From contig CDROCS010001545.1 of NCBI GenBank assembly GCA_977020255.1, positions 62,001 through 126,000 of the forward strand: 64,000 nucleotides of DNA, written 5' to 3'. The notes under the pieces were generated by a model that worked only from the letters and a program-made list of their open reading frames with translations, searched no databases and was not told the DNA's origin. This DNA is from Obrimoposthia wandeli. Its lineage: Eukaryota. Below are positions 1 through 10,610 of the stretch, piece after piece; within the stretch, counting starts at the first letter, position 1, and each line of letters starts with the position of its first letter. The position numbers and the translations under genes are program-made.

Positions 1-1667
1 CCACCTGCTTATTAGGTTTTATTCGCTTTCTAAAAGTTAAAAAAAACACGTCTTATAGTGCGGAAAATACAGTACTCCTGTTCAATTCTCCATAATTAAG
101 TTGTTAGCTTCGTTTAATAAATGTATTTTTAAACTTTTAATATTTAGCCATCGACAAATTTGTTGACTGTCTGCGATACCTAAATACTTTCTATTGATTT
201 CGTTTAAAATAAATCAGTTTAGATTTGTCTTAATTCTACCTGGTTTGAATTTAATTTGTCTCTGTAAGCATATTATTTTATAAATTCAAACACCTTTTTT
301 TCGATAAACACTTCTTACAATAATCGTTATTTTATATACGTTAAGGATGTTACATCTACAGTACTTCTGCTTTACCAGATACCACTATGCTCCAAATGCC
401 AGCTATACTGAGGGTACCATCTACTAAATGGTTCATTAGTTTTTTAATCCTTAATGTATGTCTGACGATCGATTTGCACCTCAGAAACGGTTCGATCATC
501 TATCAGAGTTTCCTCTGGCTTCAACCTGTGCTCATCAAAGTCACCATATTTCAGGTATCTTATAGAAAACCATTAATTTGTATAAACCGTATTTATCTGA
601 ATATAAAACCTCCAATTTTTTTAAAACTTGTAAATGAGGCTTATATATGGGTCCAATATCAAAAAATATATAAAACACATTATCACATAGTTTCCTGGAT
701 ATTTTGTCTAAATTTGCCATCATCCCCGAAATGATTGACCCATAAATGCTGCAACGTGGAAACGGATTATTCTCAATAACATATTTTATATAATATACTT
801 TTAATATGTAATTACGTAATTACATAAATGAATACTTTAAAATGCAAATGATCTTAATACACAAAAATTCATAACATCGAAAGTCTGTTAACTTTTTTAA
901 AATTTTCAAAAGATCAAAAGTTAAATTTTACTTTGTTATAACACTGAAATTTTCAATAAATTTTGTGGGAATAAAATTGAATACCTGAAAATATATTTTA
1001 AATTAAGCAAGCGAAATTATTTTTCTATTATTCAATATAGTTTTGATTATTTTCATTTAATGATTTGAATTTTTAGTCAGGATATATATAATTAAAATTT
1101 AATTTTCAATCTTTCGAAAACTTGATTTTTTTATAATTTTTGAAGTAATAATATTAAATTGGAATTTGAAAGGTAATAAAGAAAGCTGCAGAAATCATAG
1201 TGCTGAATAAATTAAAAATATAAAAATGATGAAAGTTTCAAAAGATTGAAAATCAAATTTCCCTTTTCCATAATTCTAAATGATAATTATTTTTCTGATA
1301 ATGGACTACATATTGTGACTAAAAATATTTATATTTACACTAAGTTCTTAGAAAACATAATTCTACTAATTTAAAAAAAATTATATATACTCTTTATTAG
1401 CCTTTATTTAGCCTTATATTTTCCCAATATCATTTTTGATTAACCGAAAATTTACTTTAAAATAATTTTTTAAAACCCGAATCTGAATCCAATTTTGCAG
1501 TTTAATACATAGATTTTAAATGGATTTTAAATGTGTCTTATTTTAATACTGTTATGAATACTTTTATTTTTTGTTCTAAGTATTCTTCAGCAGCCAATAT
1601 ATATTCAATATGTTCAATTTATGTTCATATGTACCATCCGGTTATATAGCGGCCATCCGGCATCGGT

Positions 1668-1790
1668 CAAAACTTGGCGAGAGCTTATGAGGCTGCATCT
1701 CCTCTCCCTGTAGAATCCACAAGCCAGAATTTGAAAAGGACCTGGCTCGATGCTGGATTGGACGATTTTCTGTCAGTACTGGAGACTTCA
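1668..1790 (+). pseudogene. Isolated fragment of a Polinton family-B accessory gene
   Basis: Translates QNLARAYEAASPLPVESTSQNLKRTWLDAGLDDFLSVLETS, clearly homologous to QKLARAWETASPRPTISQNFKRAWDEAGLDEFLAELDTP at ~55963-56080 inside the family-B element. Confidence 0.65.
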
Positions 1791-2173
1791 CAGCAATCAA
1801 CTTTAGACTGTACCTTGTTTCGAAAATATGTTGAACCTTGTTTCTGAATTTATAGAAAATAATTATTTTAAACTAATGTGTGGAGAAAAAAAAAGGTGGT
1901 ATCAAAAATATGCGATTCTCTTTCATATGCTAAAATGCTAAAATGCTAAGTACTTTACATTTTGGCAACATGTTGAACTTTGTTTAGAAATTTTGGCCAT
2001 TTATGACCACTTTCAATAATTTTTTAAACCAGAAGAAGTACTTGAAGGCCACTTTCTTACATTGTGTAATTTTATAATTTTCTGAAAAATCTGGAATACG
2101 AGGAGATTTTTTATAACAACACCTTCAAAACACTTGAAGATTCTCAACCTACCCTCAGTATTTATTATTCAAC

Positions 2174-4300
2174 AATGTCAAGTTTGGAAAAGAGTGAAGT
2201 TGCAAGTGTAAGTAGAATACTTGAAGCAAACAATCAAGACACATCAGCTGCTGAGTGGAACAAGATCGACCAGGAAGAAGAGGATGATTTATAAGGGAAC
2301 TCGGATCCTCCTTCTTTTGAGGTCGAACACACTGGATATTTTACTAGGAGTAAGTCCGTCGAAGAAAGGTCACACAGAAACGATATAGTAAGGCCGCAAG
2401 ACCCCATGCTTTTTTTGCAGTTGCTCAGGGAGATGAATGTGCAGCGACAGGAAGCACTTACTTTTCCATTACCACCTGACGAGGAGTGTACCGATAACAT
2501 CAAACTTAAAATGCTCAATGCCAACAACAAAGCCGAAACAATGCACACCCTGACAGAAAAATACAAGTGATCCTTCCATGAAGCGGAGTCCTTATTAAGC
2601 TTAGTGAGCTCATCGGAGCAGGTCTCCTGGATGCAGCCCAGCTTCAGATTACCTCAAGGATTGGAATGTTGTACAGTGCCACCAAAGTCTGCTGGATTGC
2701 CGCATAAGCGAAATCATCTAATCTGGCGCGGGTCAATGGGCTTTCTGCCGAAGAAATCAATCAGTTTGAGTCAAGAAGGACAAGTTACTGTGGCCGGTGA
2801 CGATTTCCAGGTCGTGGTGGGTTCACCAGAAGAGGCCGGGAACACACGGCGCCTCCTAGAAGCACTGGCTTGTCATAGCTAGCCACAGTACCCACAATGG
2901 TGGCGAGACTATATGTTAGTTAAGATTATGTCGGCGACAATTATCATAATCGCCCTTTTCCATTGGTCAATGCTGCCACCGTAGAAGAATACTTTAGGAT
3001 TAATCACGCAAATCCCAATCCGTACCAGGCAATTGTATCATCGATTACTGAAGCCTCAAACTCATCGCAAGACACGGAACCTGCCTTCTATAATGATTCT
3101 AGCGGATAATATGCCCATCACGCTGCGCTAAGAATGGCCTTATTCAAGAAACCGAAGAACCAAATGTCCCTGGAGGGAGCTTACGCAAACAGCTAGCAAG
3201 ATAACCCCTTTCAGGTGCCAGAAGGTGACGGTGACAGCGTCGATCTCGACGCCAGGATTGTGGCCCTGGCTCACAATGGTTATGTGCTATTTGCCAGTAG
3301 CGTTGCCTCTCGACAACATAAGCGCCGCCATATAGAATCGCAAGAACCTACGCACATCTCTGCATGTTTTAATGCTTTAATTCGCAAAGGAATCTTGGAA
3401 CCATCTCAAAAAGACCCTTATTTCTCTCAAGATTCGGTTCTCAGACGCTGGATAGCGGACGGCAATGAGAATTGACCTCAAGGTGCCTTTTATCAAATAG
3501 CGATAGCAAAAAAGGCTAGGCACCTTACAAATATTTGGTATAATGGAGCCTACTTCAAGTTCACTCACTTGCCTATGGAACTAAGACAGAATCCGACAAT
3601 TTTGCAGTGGACGTTGACTAATATTATGAACTGGTGAAAACCAAGATGGAATGTGCCTCTTATGCATGTTCATATTGATGATAGTCTCATCGTGGATAAC
3701 GAAGATTCGCTTATGTGGCCACATTTTGTGCCATATCTAGAAAGTTGGGGAGTCCAAATCAACTACAACAAATCTCAATTAACTCCTACTTAAATATCGA
3801 CTTCCAAGAACAACAGATTAGTTTTGCACAAGAAACATGGCAGACATGTGATGACATAATTGCAACAAATGACTTTTCTGACGAAGCTGTGGGCTTCCTG
3901 AATTAAACTACACATGTTTTAAAATGGCCACATGTCATAAAGAATCTACATCATGTTCTTCGCCAACAATGTTATGCCTTCCTCAAGAATTATGGTTTTG
4001 GCAAAATCATGCAGAACAAACCACAGAAAATTATTTACCTTGCTCTCAAAATTTCAGAAGATAGAATTTATATACAGGAAGCAAGAGCTCTGTTATGGGC
4101 AATCTGGCTACAACATCATATGATTTTATTCTATGTGACAACCAGGGACTCGCGTAGACTACGAAGCTGAAAAGAATTCCCACAAGAATAGCAAACTGGT
4201 GGATTTTAATTGTCATACAGATACTGGCCACCACCAAGAAAATAGAAGTTCAGTTTGTGCAAACCGACCGTAATTCTGTGGATCTGTCCTGTCGTGACGA
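2174..4300 (+). mobile_element. Degenerate retroelement (gag-RT-RNase H), probably DIRS/YR-like
   Basis: Broken frames give a gag-like ORF (2174-2880), KGILEPS..PYFS, YFKFTHLPMELRQNP (3551-3600, RT motif B-like), VHIDDSLIV (3668-3694, YxDD-like) and IEVQFVQTDRNSVDLSCR (RNase H C-terminal-like). Many stops and frameshifts; no tyrosine recombinase seen. Confidence 0.5.
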
Positions 4301-4435
4301 GACTATGCTTTTAGAAAGAGATTGGACTATAATCTAACAGAACCTTGATTGTTGTGTGTTCACGCTCTGAATTACACAATGTAAGAAAGTGGCAAATGTT
4401 ATATTTTAGCCACTTCAATTATACAAAAACCGAGC

Positions 4436-4776
4436 CAATCACATTACGCCTGGAATATACAATAGGCCGGAAAGAGTGCTTGGACCATAAAAACTTTTCC
4501 CCAGAGGCAAATCCATCTCCCCGAGCAACTGCAAAATTTCCCCAAGCATAGGGTCTTGAGGCCTTGCCATATCGTATATGTGTGGTCTTTCTTCGACGGA
4601 CTTACTCCAAGTAAAATATCCAGTGTGTTCTGCCTCAAAAGAAAGAGGATCCGAGCTCCCACTGAAATCATCGTCTTCTTCCTGGTCGATCTTGTTCCAC
4701 TCAGCAACTGCTGTGTCTTGATTGTTTGCTTCAAGTATTCTTCTTACATTTGCAACTTCACTCTTTTCCAAACTTG
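4436..4776 (-). mobile_element. Second, inverted copy of the gag-like 5' region of the same retroelement
   Basis: EKSEVANVRRILEANNQDTAVAEWNKIDQEEDDDF... matches EKSEVASVSRILEANNQDTSAAEWNKIDQEEEDDL... at 2186-2410 in the opposite orientation. Confidence 0.6.
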
Positions 4777-5451
4777 AAACTGTTTAATTGTTAAGATTAA
4801 AATTGATAAAATTAAAAAATAAAATTAACTATTTATAAGAAAAACAAAACCTTAATTAAGGTTGTATAAAATAAATAAAATTTAAAATTAAAATAAAATT
4901 AAGATTTAACGGAACGAAAATAATTTAGGACCTTGAAGAGGTCGTGTGAGTAGCAGTATATGTAGGGATGATTTTAATTAAATGGGACAGTATAAGATAA
5001 TTCCAAAAAACGCCAAAACGCAAAACAGAAAGAAATAATTGACTAGTGAGAACTCGCCAGCTGCTTGCCCGACATCTCATTAATTGATCTCATGGATCTC
5101 AACCCATTAGTTTGAGTTGCGAGACGCAGCCATCTTCCGCGAGGTAAATAACAATTAGCTCAATACATTAGGCTAATTGTTTTTTTGTAGGTATATATAT
5201 ATATATAAGAAGGAAAAAAGAAGATTGGATAAAAAGGAAAATTTGGAATTATTGAAAAAACACAAAAACGAAGAAAATCAGTAATTGCCAGTTATTTTGG
5301 GTAAGCGCGTGCAGTATCTTTATTGAAATTAAATTTTTGTCAGTTATTGAACCAGCGAATTCGAATTAAAGAAGACCACAGTATCCTAACCCGCGGATCC
5401 GAAACGTCACAGTGAGATCATCATTAATTGGTAAGCGCGTGCAGTTTCTCA

Positions 5452-5684
5452 ATTGTTAAAAGTATATCATATAACCTGAAATTGTTGAAAATAGATTACA
5501 TAACCTGAAATTGTTGAAAGTATATCATATAACCTGAAATTGTTGAAAGTATATCATATAACCTGAAATTGTTGAAAATAGATTACATAACCTGAAATTG
5601 TTGAAAGTATATTATATAACCTGAAAGTGTCGAAAGTATATCATATAACCTGAAATTGTTGAAAATACATAATATAACCTGAAA
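5452..5684. repeat. Minisatellite, ~29-bp unit (ATAACCTGAAATTGTTGAAAGTATATCAT), about 8 copies
   Basis: Direct reading of the sequence; two alternating unit variants. Confidence 0.9.
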
Positions 5685-5899
5685 AGCATTTGGAAATAAT
5701 CTAAAATAGTTTTGAAATTGAGAATAAACTAAAAGAGTTTGAAATTGAGAATAATCTCAAGGTTTTTGTAAAATAAAAGTTGTCTTGTTAAGTGAAACAC
5801 ATTTGACAGCCAGCAACTATTACATAAAATTGAACGTCCAATTTGCTAGGAAAAATAATTAAAATCCATACGTTAGGCTAAGGTCATCCTTGTTTACAG

Positions 5900-6270
5900 T
5901 GTGTTGAAACGAGTGTAATAAGACAAGTTATTGTCATCTGTAGAACCCTTTTTAGCTAAGTGTGAATTTAATATAATCTTTTCCTACAAATCAAGTAGAG
6001 TTAATTAGGTCAATCCCGTATAGGACTAGAACAATATGAATCCTCATCCACACGACACTACATTAGCCGAAACCCTTTTGATGTACTGCAAACACAACTC
6101 TCTACACGACCGCAATACACTAGCACAAAAAACCTTCAGAACTGAGACTAAGTGAAATAAACCCAAAAGATAGACCACATATATCTGTAAGCCCTATTGC
6201 TACAGAACTCACGTTGGGGGCCTCCATACGAAGATCTAGTTTCAAATAGAAACCCCAACATATTAAATTG
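5900..6270 (+). mobile_element. Probable LTR of a Gypsy-like element
   Basis: Shares ATCTGTAAGCCCTAT..GCTACA..ACTCACGT.GGGGGCCTCCATACGA with 51640-51690. Followed at ~6269 by a PBS-like TGGTTCCTCGAG and then gag relics. Exact LTR limits not resolved. Confidence 0.45.
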
Positions 6271-6383
6271 GTTCCTCGAGTGAGAATAGCTCGTCGGACA
6301 CAGCGAATTCACGTAGAATAAGACAGCGAATTGAGAATAAGTTATATAAGAAGAATATATAAGTAAATTGAGATAAGATAATT

Positions 6384-6553
6384 GTGAATAAGTGTTTAAA
6401 TCGAGTTGTTAAGTTTCTCAAAGTAAGTAAATTGAAAAAGTTTTTAAATCGAGTTGATAAGTTCCTCGAAGTAAGTAAATTGAATAAGTTTGTAAATCAA
6501 GTCGATAAGTTACTCGAAGTAAGAAATTTGAATAAGTTGTAAATCGAGTAGAT
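6384..6553. repeat. 48-bp tandem repeat (~3.5 copies) in the retroelement leader
   Basis: TGAATAAGT.TTTAAATCGAGTTGATAAGTT.CTCGAAGTAAGTAAAT repeated. Confidence 0.8.
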
Positions 6554-6868
6554 ATATTCCTCAAATAGATAATTGATACAGAGAGTCGTAAAATAATAGC
6601 TGAGAAATAAGATATAAAAGTAATAATTAAATTGATATCATAAGAAATAAGCAATCACATAATTGATAAGATAACGGATAATAAAGGACCTGCGTTTAAT
6701 ACTAGAAGACAACGTCGGATTCCGGGAGAAGATAGAAATAATAATAGTCTGAGCTGAGTTGAACAGATTCCTCGAGCAGATAAAGAAGTAATAGAAGAAG
6801 TTAGAATCGAAGAAAACGTATCAGAAAAAGACGTAAATCAATCATTAGTTTCAACTGACAGTTTTGAA

Positions 6869-7830
6869 TTGACTGATTTGTTTGGTGAAGTAAACCAAGA
6901 AGAAATTGAAGTTAGGGAAGTCGCGAATCAAGAAGATATTGAAATTGCCAATCCAGAAGAGATTGAGGAAATTGAATTGAATAATATTGAAGAAATAGTT
7001 GAAAACATGGCTCATGCAGGAGCTCAACCAGGAAATAATGCAGGACATAATGTAGATAATATGAATACAGAACAGTTGGGACCCAATTTTTCGAGATGAT
7101 TGCAGATTAAAATGTTTAAAAGAGACGATGAAAGTATTTGCGACTTCCTCGCGGAATATTCGAGTTGCGCAAATGTTCAAGGATGGAACGATAAGGACAA
7201 ATGTGTCCGCGTACAGGCGCATTTAACCAAACAAAAGTATTTGTGAATAAGACAGAATCAAGTAATTTTTAGAATCGGAATTATGGACAAAATAAGTTTG
7301 ATAAAGAGATGAATCTGGTAACAGAAATAGAGATAATTTCAGAAATAGAAATGGAGATGATTCGAGTAGTAGAAACAATAACGATTCATGGAATAGGAAT
7401 CGAGACGATTCGAGAGGTAGAAATAGTAATGATTCGTGGAACAGAAATATAGAGTTAATATCTTAATATATCTTAATATAGATGATTCCAGAAATAGATT
7501 TAGTAGAGAAAATCCAGGAAATCGCCTAACCTGGAGAGGAGACGATCGAAATTATAACGCAAATAGAGGAGAGCGAAATGACTCTCGGTTCAGAAATAAT
7601 GCAGGAGATAGTGATGGAAGATTCAATAATCGAGAAAGCGGTTATGAATAAAATTTCCGAAGAACAAACGGAGAGCAACGGAGAACAAATAATCAGTACA
7701 TGGATAGACAACAGTCGCCAGGAAAATATACTAATTACGCAGATAGACAACATGGAGCAGAGAGATATAATAATGCGGAAGATATAATAATAATGTTGAT
7801 AGGACGAATAGTCGTGAGAGCTCACCAAAA
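6869..7830 (+). pseudogene. Decayed Ty3/Gypsy-like gag
   Basis: Acidic N-terminus, then IKMFKRDDESICDFLAEYSSCANVQGWNDKDKCVRVQAHL (7107-7226; gag capsid-like F..A...GW...K pattern), then Arg/Asn/Asp-rich low-complexity repeats; interrupted by stops. Confidence 0.55.
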
Positions 7831-8378
7831 CCGAAAGGAAATTTTAGTTACATAAATGATGACAGCGACAGGAATTGCGAGACCGAACTTCGACGGGAAA
7901 TAGATTTTGAGGATAATGATAATAAATTTGAACGAATGTTGGGAATAATTAAAGATTCACCACATACAAAGATGACGAATTCATATTCGTTTTCAAGAAA
8001 AGGAAAAAGGTATAACACTAGAGAAGAGATGAATGATTTAATGAACCAAATACTAGAAGCGTATGAGACACCAATATAAAAAACTTCTAACGCACAACCT
8101 ATGACTGATCATATAGAAGCACTAATGAATTCTGAGAGTAGTGAAAATGTAAAAAAGATAATTAGCGAAGCTAAATAATTGTTGAATCAACCACTAGACG
8201 AAGCGAACGAAGTTTCATAAGTTTTAATAAAGCTACAAAAAGTTAAAGCACACAGGTTGGAAGAAGTGTGGACAGAATTGGTTAAACATAGCAATGATAA
8301 CTTGACCTACAAAGAAGTAACACGAGGATTATTAAAAGGATATGGTCGTTATGTACAGAAATCTAATTAAAAGAGATA

Positions 8379-8924
8379 ATGAAAATTTCGCTTCGATTAA
8401 TTATTGAACAGATTATACATGAAAAACTTAACGTATTCCAAACAATGAAAACTATTCAAAAAATGTTAGCAGATAAACTCGGAATAGACGGAATGAATAT
8501 GTTGTTTCATTATAAAAGAAGATCACTCTACGACGAAGATGTACCAATCGAGTGCGGGTTTCCGATAAAAATCGAATTAGAGGAGAAAATTGGTGTAATC
8601 ACTGTAGGACGACAAGAATTAATAGATAATGAAGGATTGGCAGATATATTGAATTCTGCATTAGACATGATAACATTACCTATAGAAATCTTAGATAGTT
8701 CAGCCGAACAAAGCGACAGCGGAAACAATGATATAACTAAAGCTTGGAACAAGAAGTCCACACCTGAGTCGAACGGAACTGAACTGCAAAGTGTAGAACC
8801 GAACAATGAATTGAGAAATTTGGTAATTGAAGTACCACCAGAACAAGTAACAAGTCAAACCAGACAAGATCAAGTCACGAATGTAGCCGAACCAGTTGGA
8901 GAATTTACCTCAATAATAGGATAA
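8379..8924 (+). CDS. Retroelement-associated ORF with a possible ubiquitin/SUMO-like N-terminal domain
   Basis: 181-aa open frame. Residues 1-75 (MKISLRLII...TMKTIQKMLADKLGIDGMNMLFHYKRRSLYDEDVPIECGF) follow the beta-grasp pattern by eye only. Confidence 0.4.
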   Translation: MKISLRLIIEQIIHEKLNVFQTMKTIQKMLADKLGIDGMNMLFHYKRRSLYDEDVPIECGFPIKIELEEKIGVITVGRQELIDNEGLADILNSALDMITLPIEILDSSAEQSDSGNNDITKAWNKKSTPESNGTELQSVEPNNELRNLVIEVPPEQVTSQTRQDQVTNVAEPVGEFTSIIG

Positions 8925-9935
8925 GGAAGTTTATCCTGATGCTCCATTGATGCCTCGGTACACTGTAGAATATTGGTTTTCGCCTTTCTAATGCGTTTGA
9001 TTTTGCGTACCAACGCCTTCTGATTCCACCTACCTGGAATTGTAGTGGCCTCTTTCAGCCATTCTTCAATAAGTGTTGCAGGTTCCTGCAAAGAAACATC
9101 AATAAAATTTAAGTATATGAGTAATTTACCTCAATAACAGGCAGGTTTGCCTGTTTCACCAACTTGGCCTTCTTTTGATGAATCGTCTGGGTTTTGACCT
9201 GATGTCGTCGCGGATTTATAACCACAGCCTGCTTCTATCCACAGGTCGTTTAAGAGTTGCCTCCGACAGAACTTCCTGCACCAAGTTGGCTTCTTATGTG
9301 AATAATTAAAATTATTATCTAATTTAAAATAATTTACCTCAATATTATCCGCTAAGTATTGGTGATCACTCCTCGGCTCCTCCTGGCTGCATTGACTCGC
9401 CAAGTACTACGATTCTATCAGCCTATCCGCCATTGTCCCTGACGGTGCCAAATCGAGTTGAAGTTTCTAAAATTGAAATTAAAAAATATTTGAAATAAAT
9501 TAAGTCTAACCTCATTCGTTGCCTTTATTCTCCTAACAGCCCGTATCGGAGATTGTGGTCTTCTGAATGGTTCAGGCACCGTATTTTCTGCTATCTGAGT
9601 TGGAGTAGCAGAGGAAGTGAGACCATCCCATTCGTCCGTGAACAGCCGCCACTCGTCGTCATCCAATTCTGCCACCATTGACTCGTTTGAGGCAGATGTG
9701 TTGTCAGTAGCTCCGAGACTTGGCTGGATCCATTCGTCGATGAATGGAGTCAAATCCTTCTCCTGATCCGACGGTACCTCATCAGTGAAATGCTCCTCGT
9801 CTGAGTCGGGTGCGAAGACTATCTCCGGCTGAGACAGCGGGATCAATTTCCAGGGGCGTATGATTGCAGCCTCGAAATTGACGAAGAGATGGGATCTCTT
9901 TGCTGCTACTGCCAAAGTTACTGGACGAGCTGCTT
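8902..9935 (-). pseudogene. Multi-exon accessory gene of Polinton family B (acidic, Trp-rich), pseudogenised
   Basis: GT-AG introns at 9510-9467 (44 nt), 9337-9293 (45 nt) and 9129-9086 (44 nt). Exons end in NIE, PVIE and PIIE, each followed by GTAAATT. One in-frame TAG and one frameshift. Lies next to family-B subterminal repeats. Confidence 0.55.
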
Positions 9936-10299
9936 CTGTATTCCATAAAATATTTTATTAAAAAATCATAATATTTTCTCAACAGTGCATATTTGGAGGG
10001 AGGGTATTATGTAGGAAATAATTTGCTTTTTTTGGTTGTATCTGGATATAAATATTTATATGGATTTTTTTCTTCTCAACCCTGTTTTTATAATGCTCGT
10101 TGAGCTACTGCGGGCATGAAGGGCACGCGTTGGCTCTTAGATGGCCTCTCAGGTACTTCCTCACTATGTGGGAGCACTATGTGATTTTCAATTTTAAAAG
10201 GGTGTTAAATCGCGTTAAATCATTTTTTTGGGTGTTAGGGGGCGGATGAGATAGAAAAATACACGTATACGTGACTTTATATAATTCATAAAGTCATAT

Positions 10300-10610
10300 A
10301 TATGGATTTATTGGGAGTGGTGTGGCACGGTTGGTAAATTTCAGATGTTAAATGGGAAGCCAGGAATTGCAGGAACTTGCTCGAATTCGCTCTTGACGAA
10401 ATTAAAATATCCATGCGCTTAATTTCCCAATTTCATTTCCTCACCTTGACCATCGTACCATCCACTGCCAGTAAACTACACTTGTGCATTTGAAATGTGT
10501 ATACACGTCTCAGGACATGTATAGATTTTTGTTCACTCCACACACATGCACGAAATTTCACTCCACACACTCATTCACGAAAGTTCACTCCACACACATG
10601 CAATTTGAAT
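10300..10610 (-). mobile_element. Polinton family-B subterminal region (terminus missing)
   Basis: CACTCCACACACATGCACGAAATTT repeats also found in the TIRs at 55310-55350 and 62300-62340. VKSEFEQVPAIPGFPF (minus strand) is homologous to IKSELEHVTVILGLPF at 32500-32550. Confidence 0.7.

Noticed and set aside
5452-5684. Regular ~29-bp repeats resembling a CRISPR array
   Set aside because: Units are contiguous with no unique spacers, there are no cas genes and the context is eukaryotic; it is a minisatellite.
6268-6284. Assigning a specific tRNA to the PBS-like TGGTTCCTCGAG
   Set aside because: Only a partial match to tRNA-Tyr or tRNA-Glu type sites from memory; too degenerate to call.
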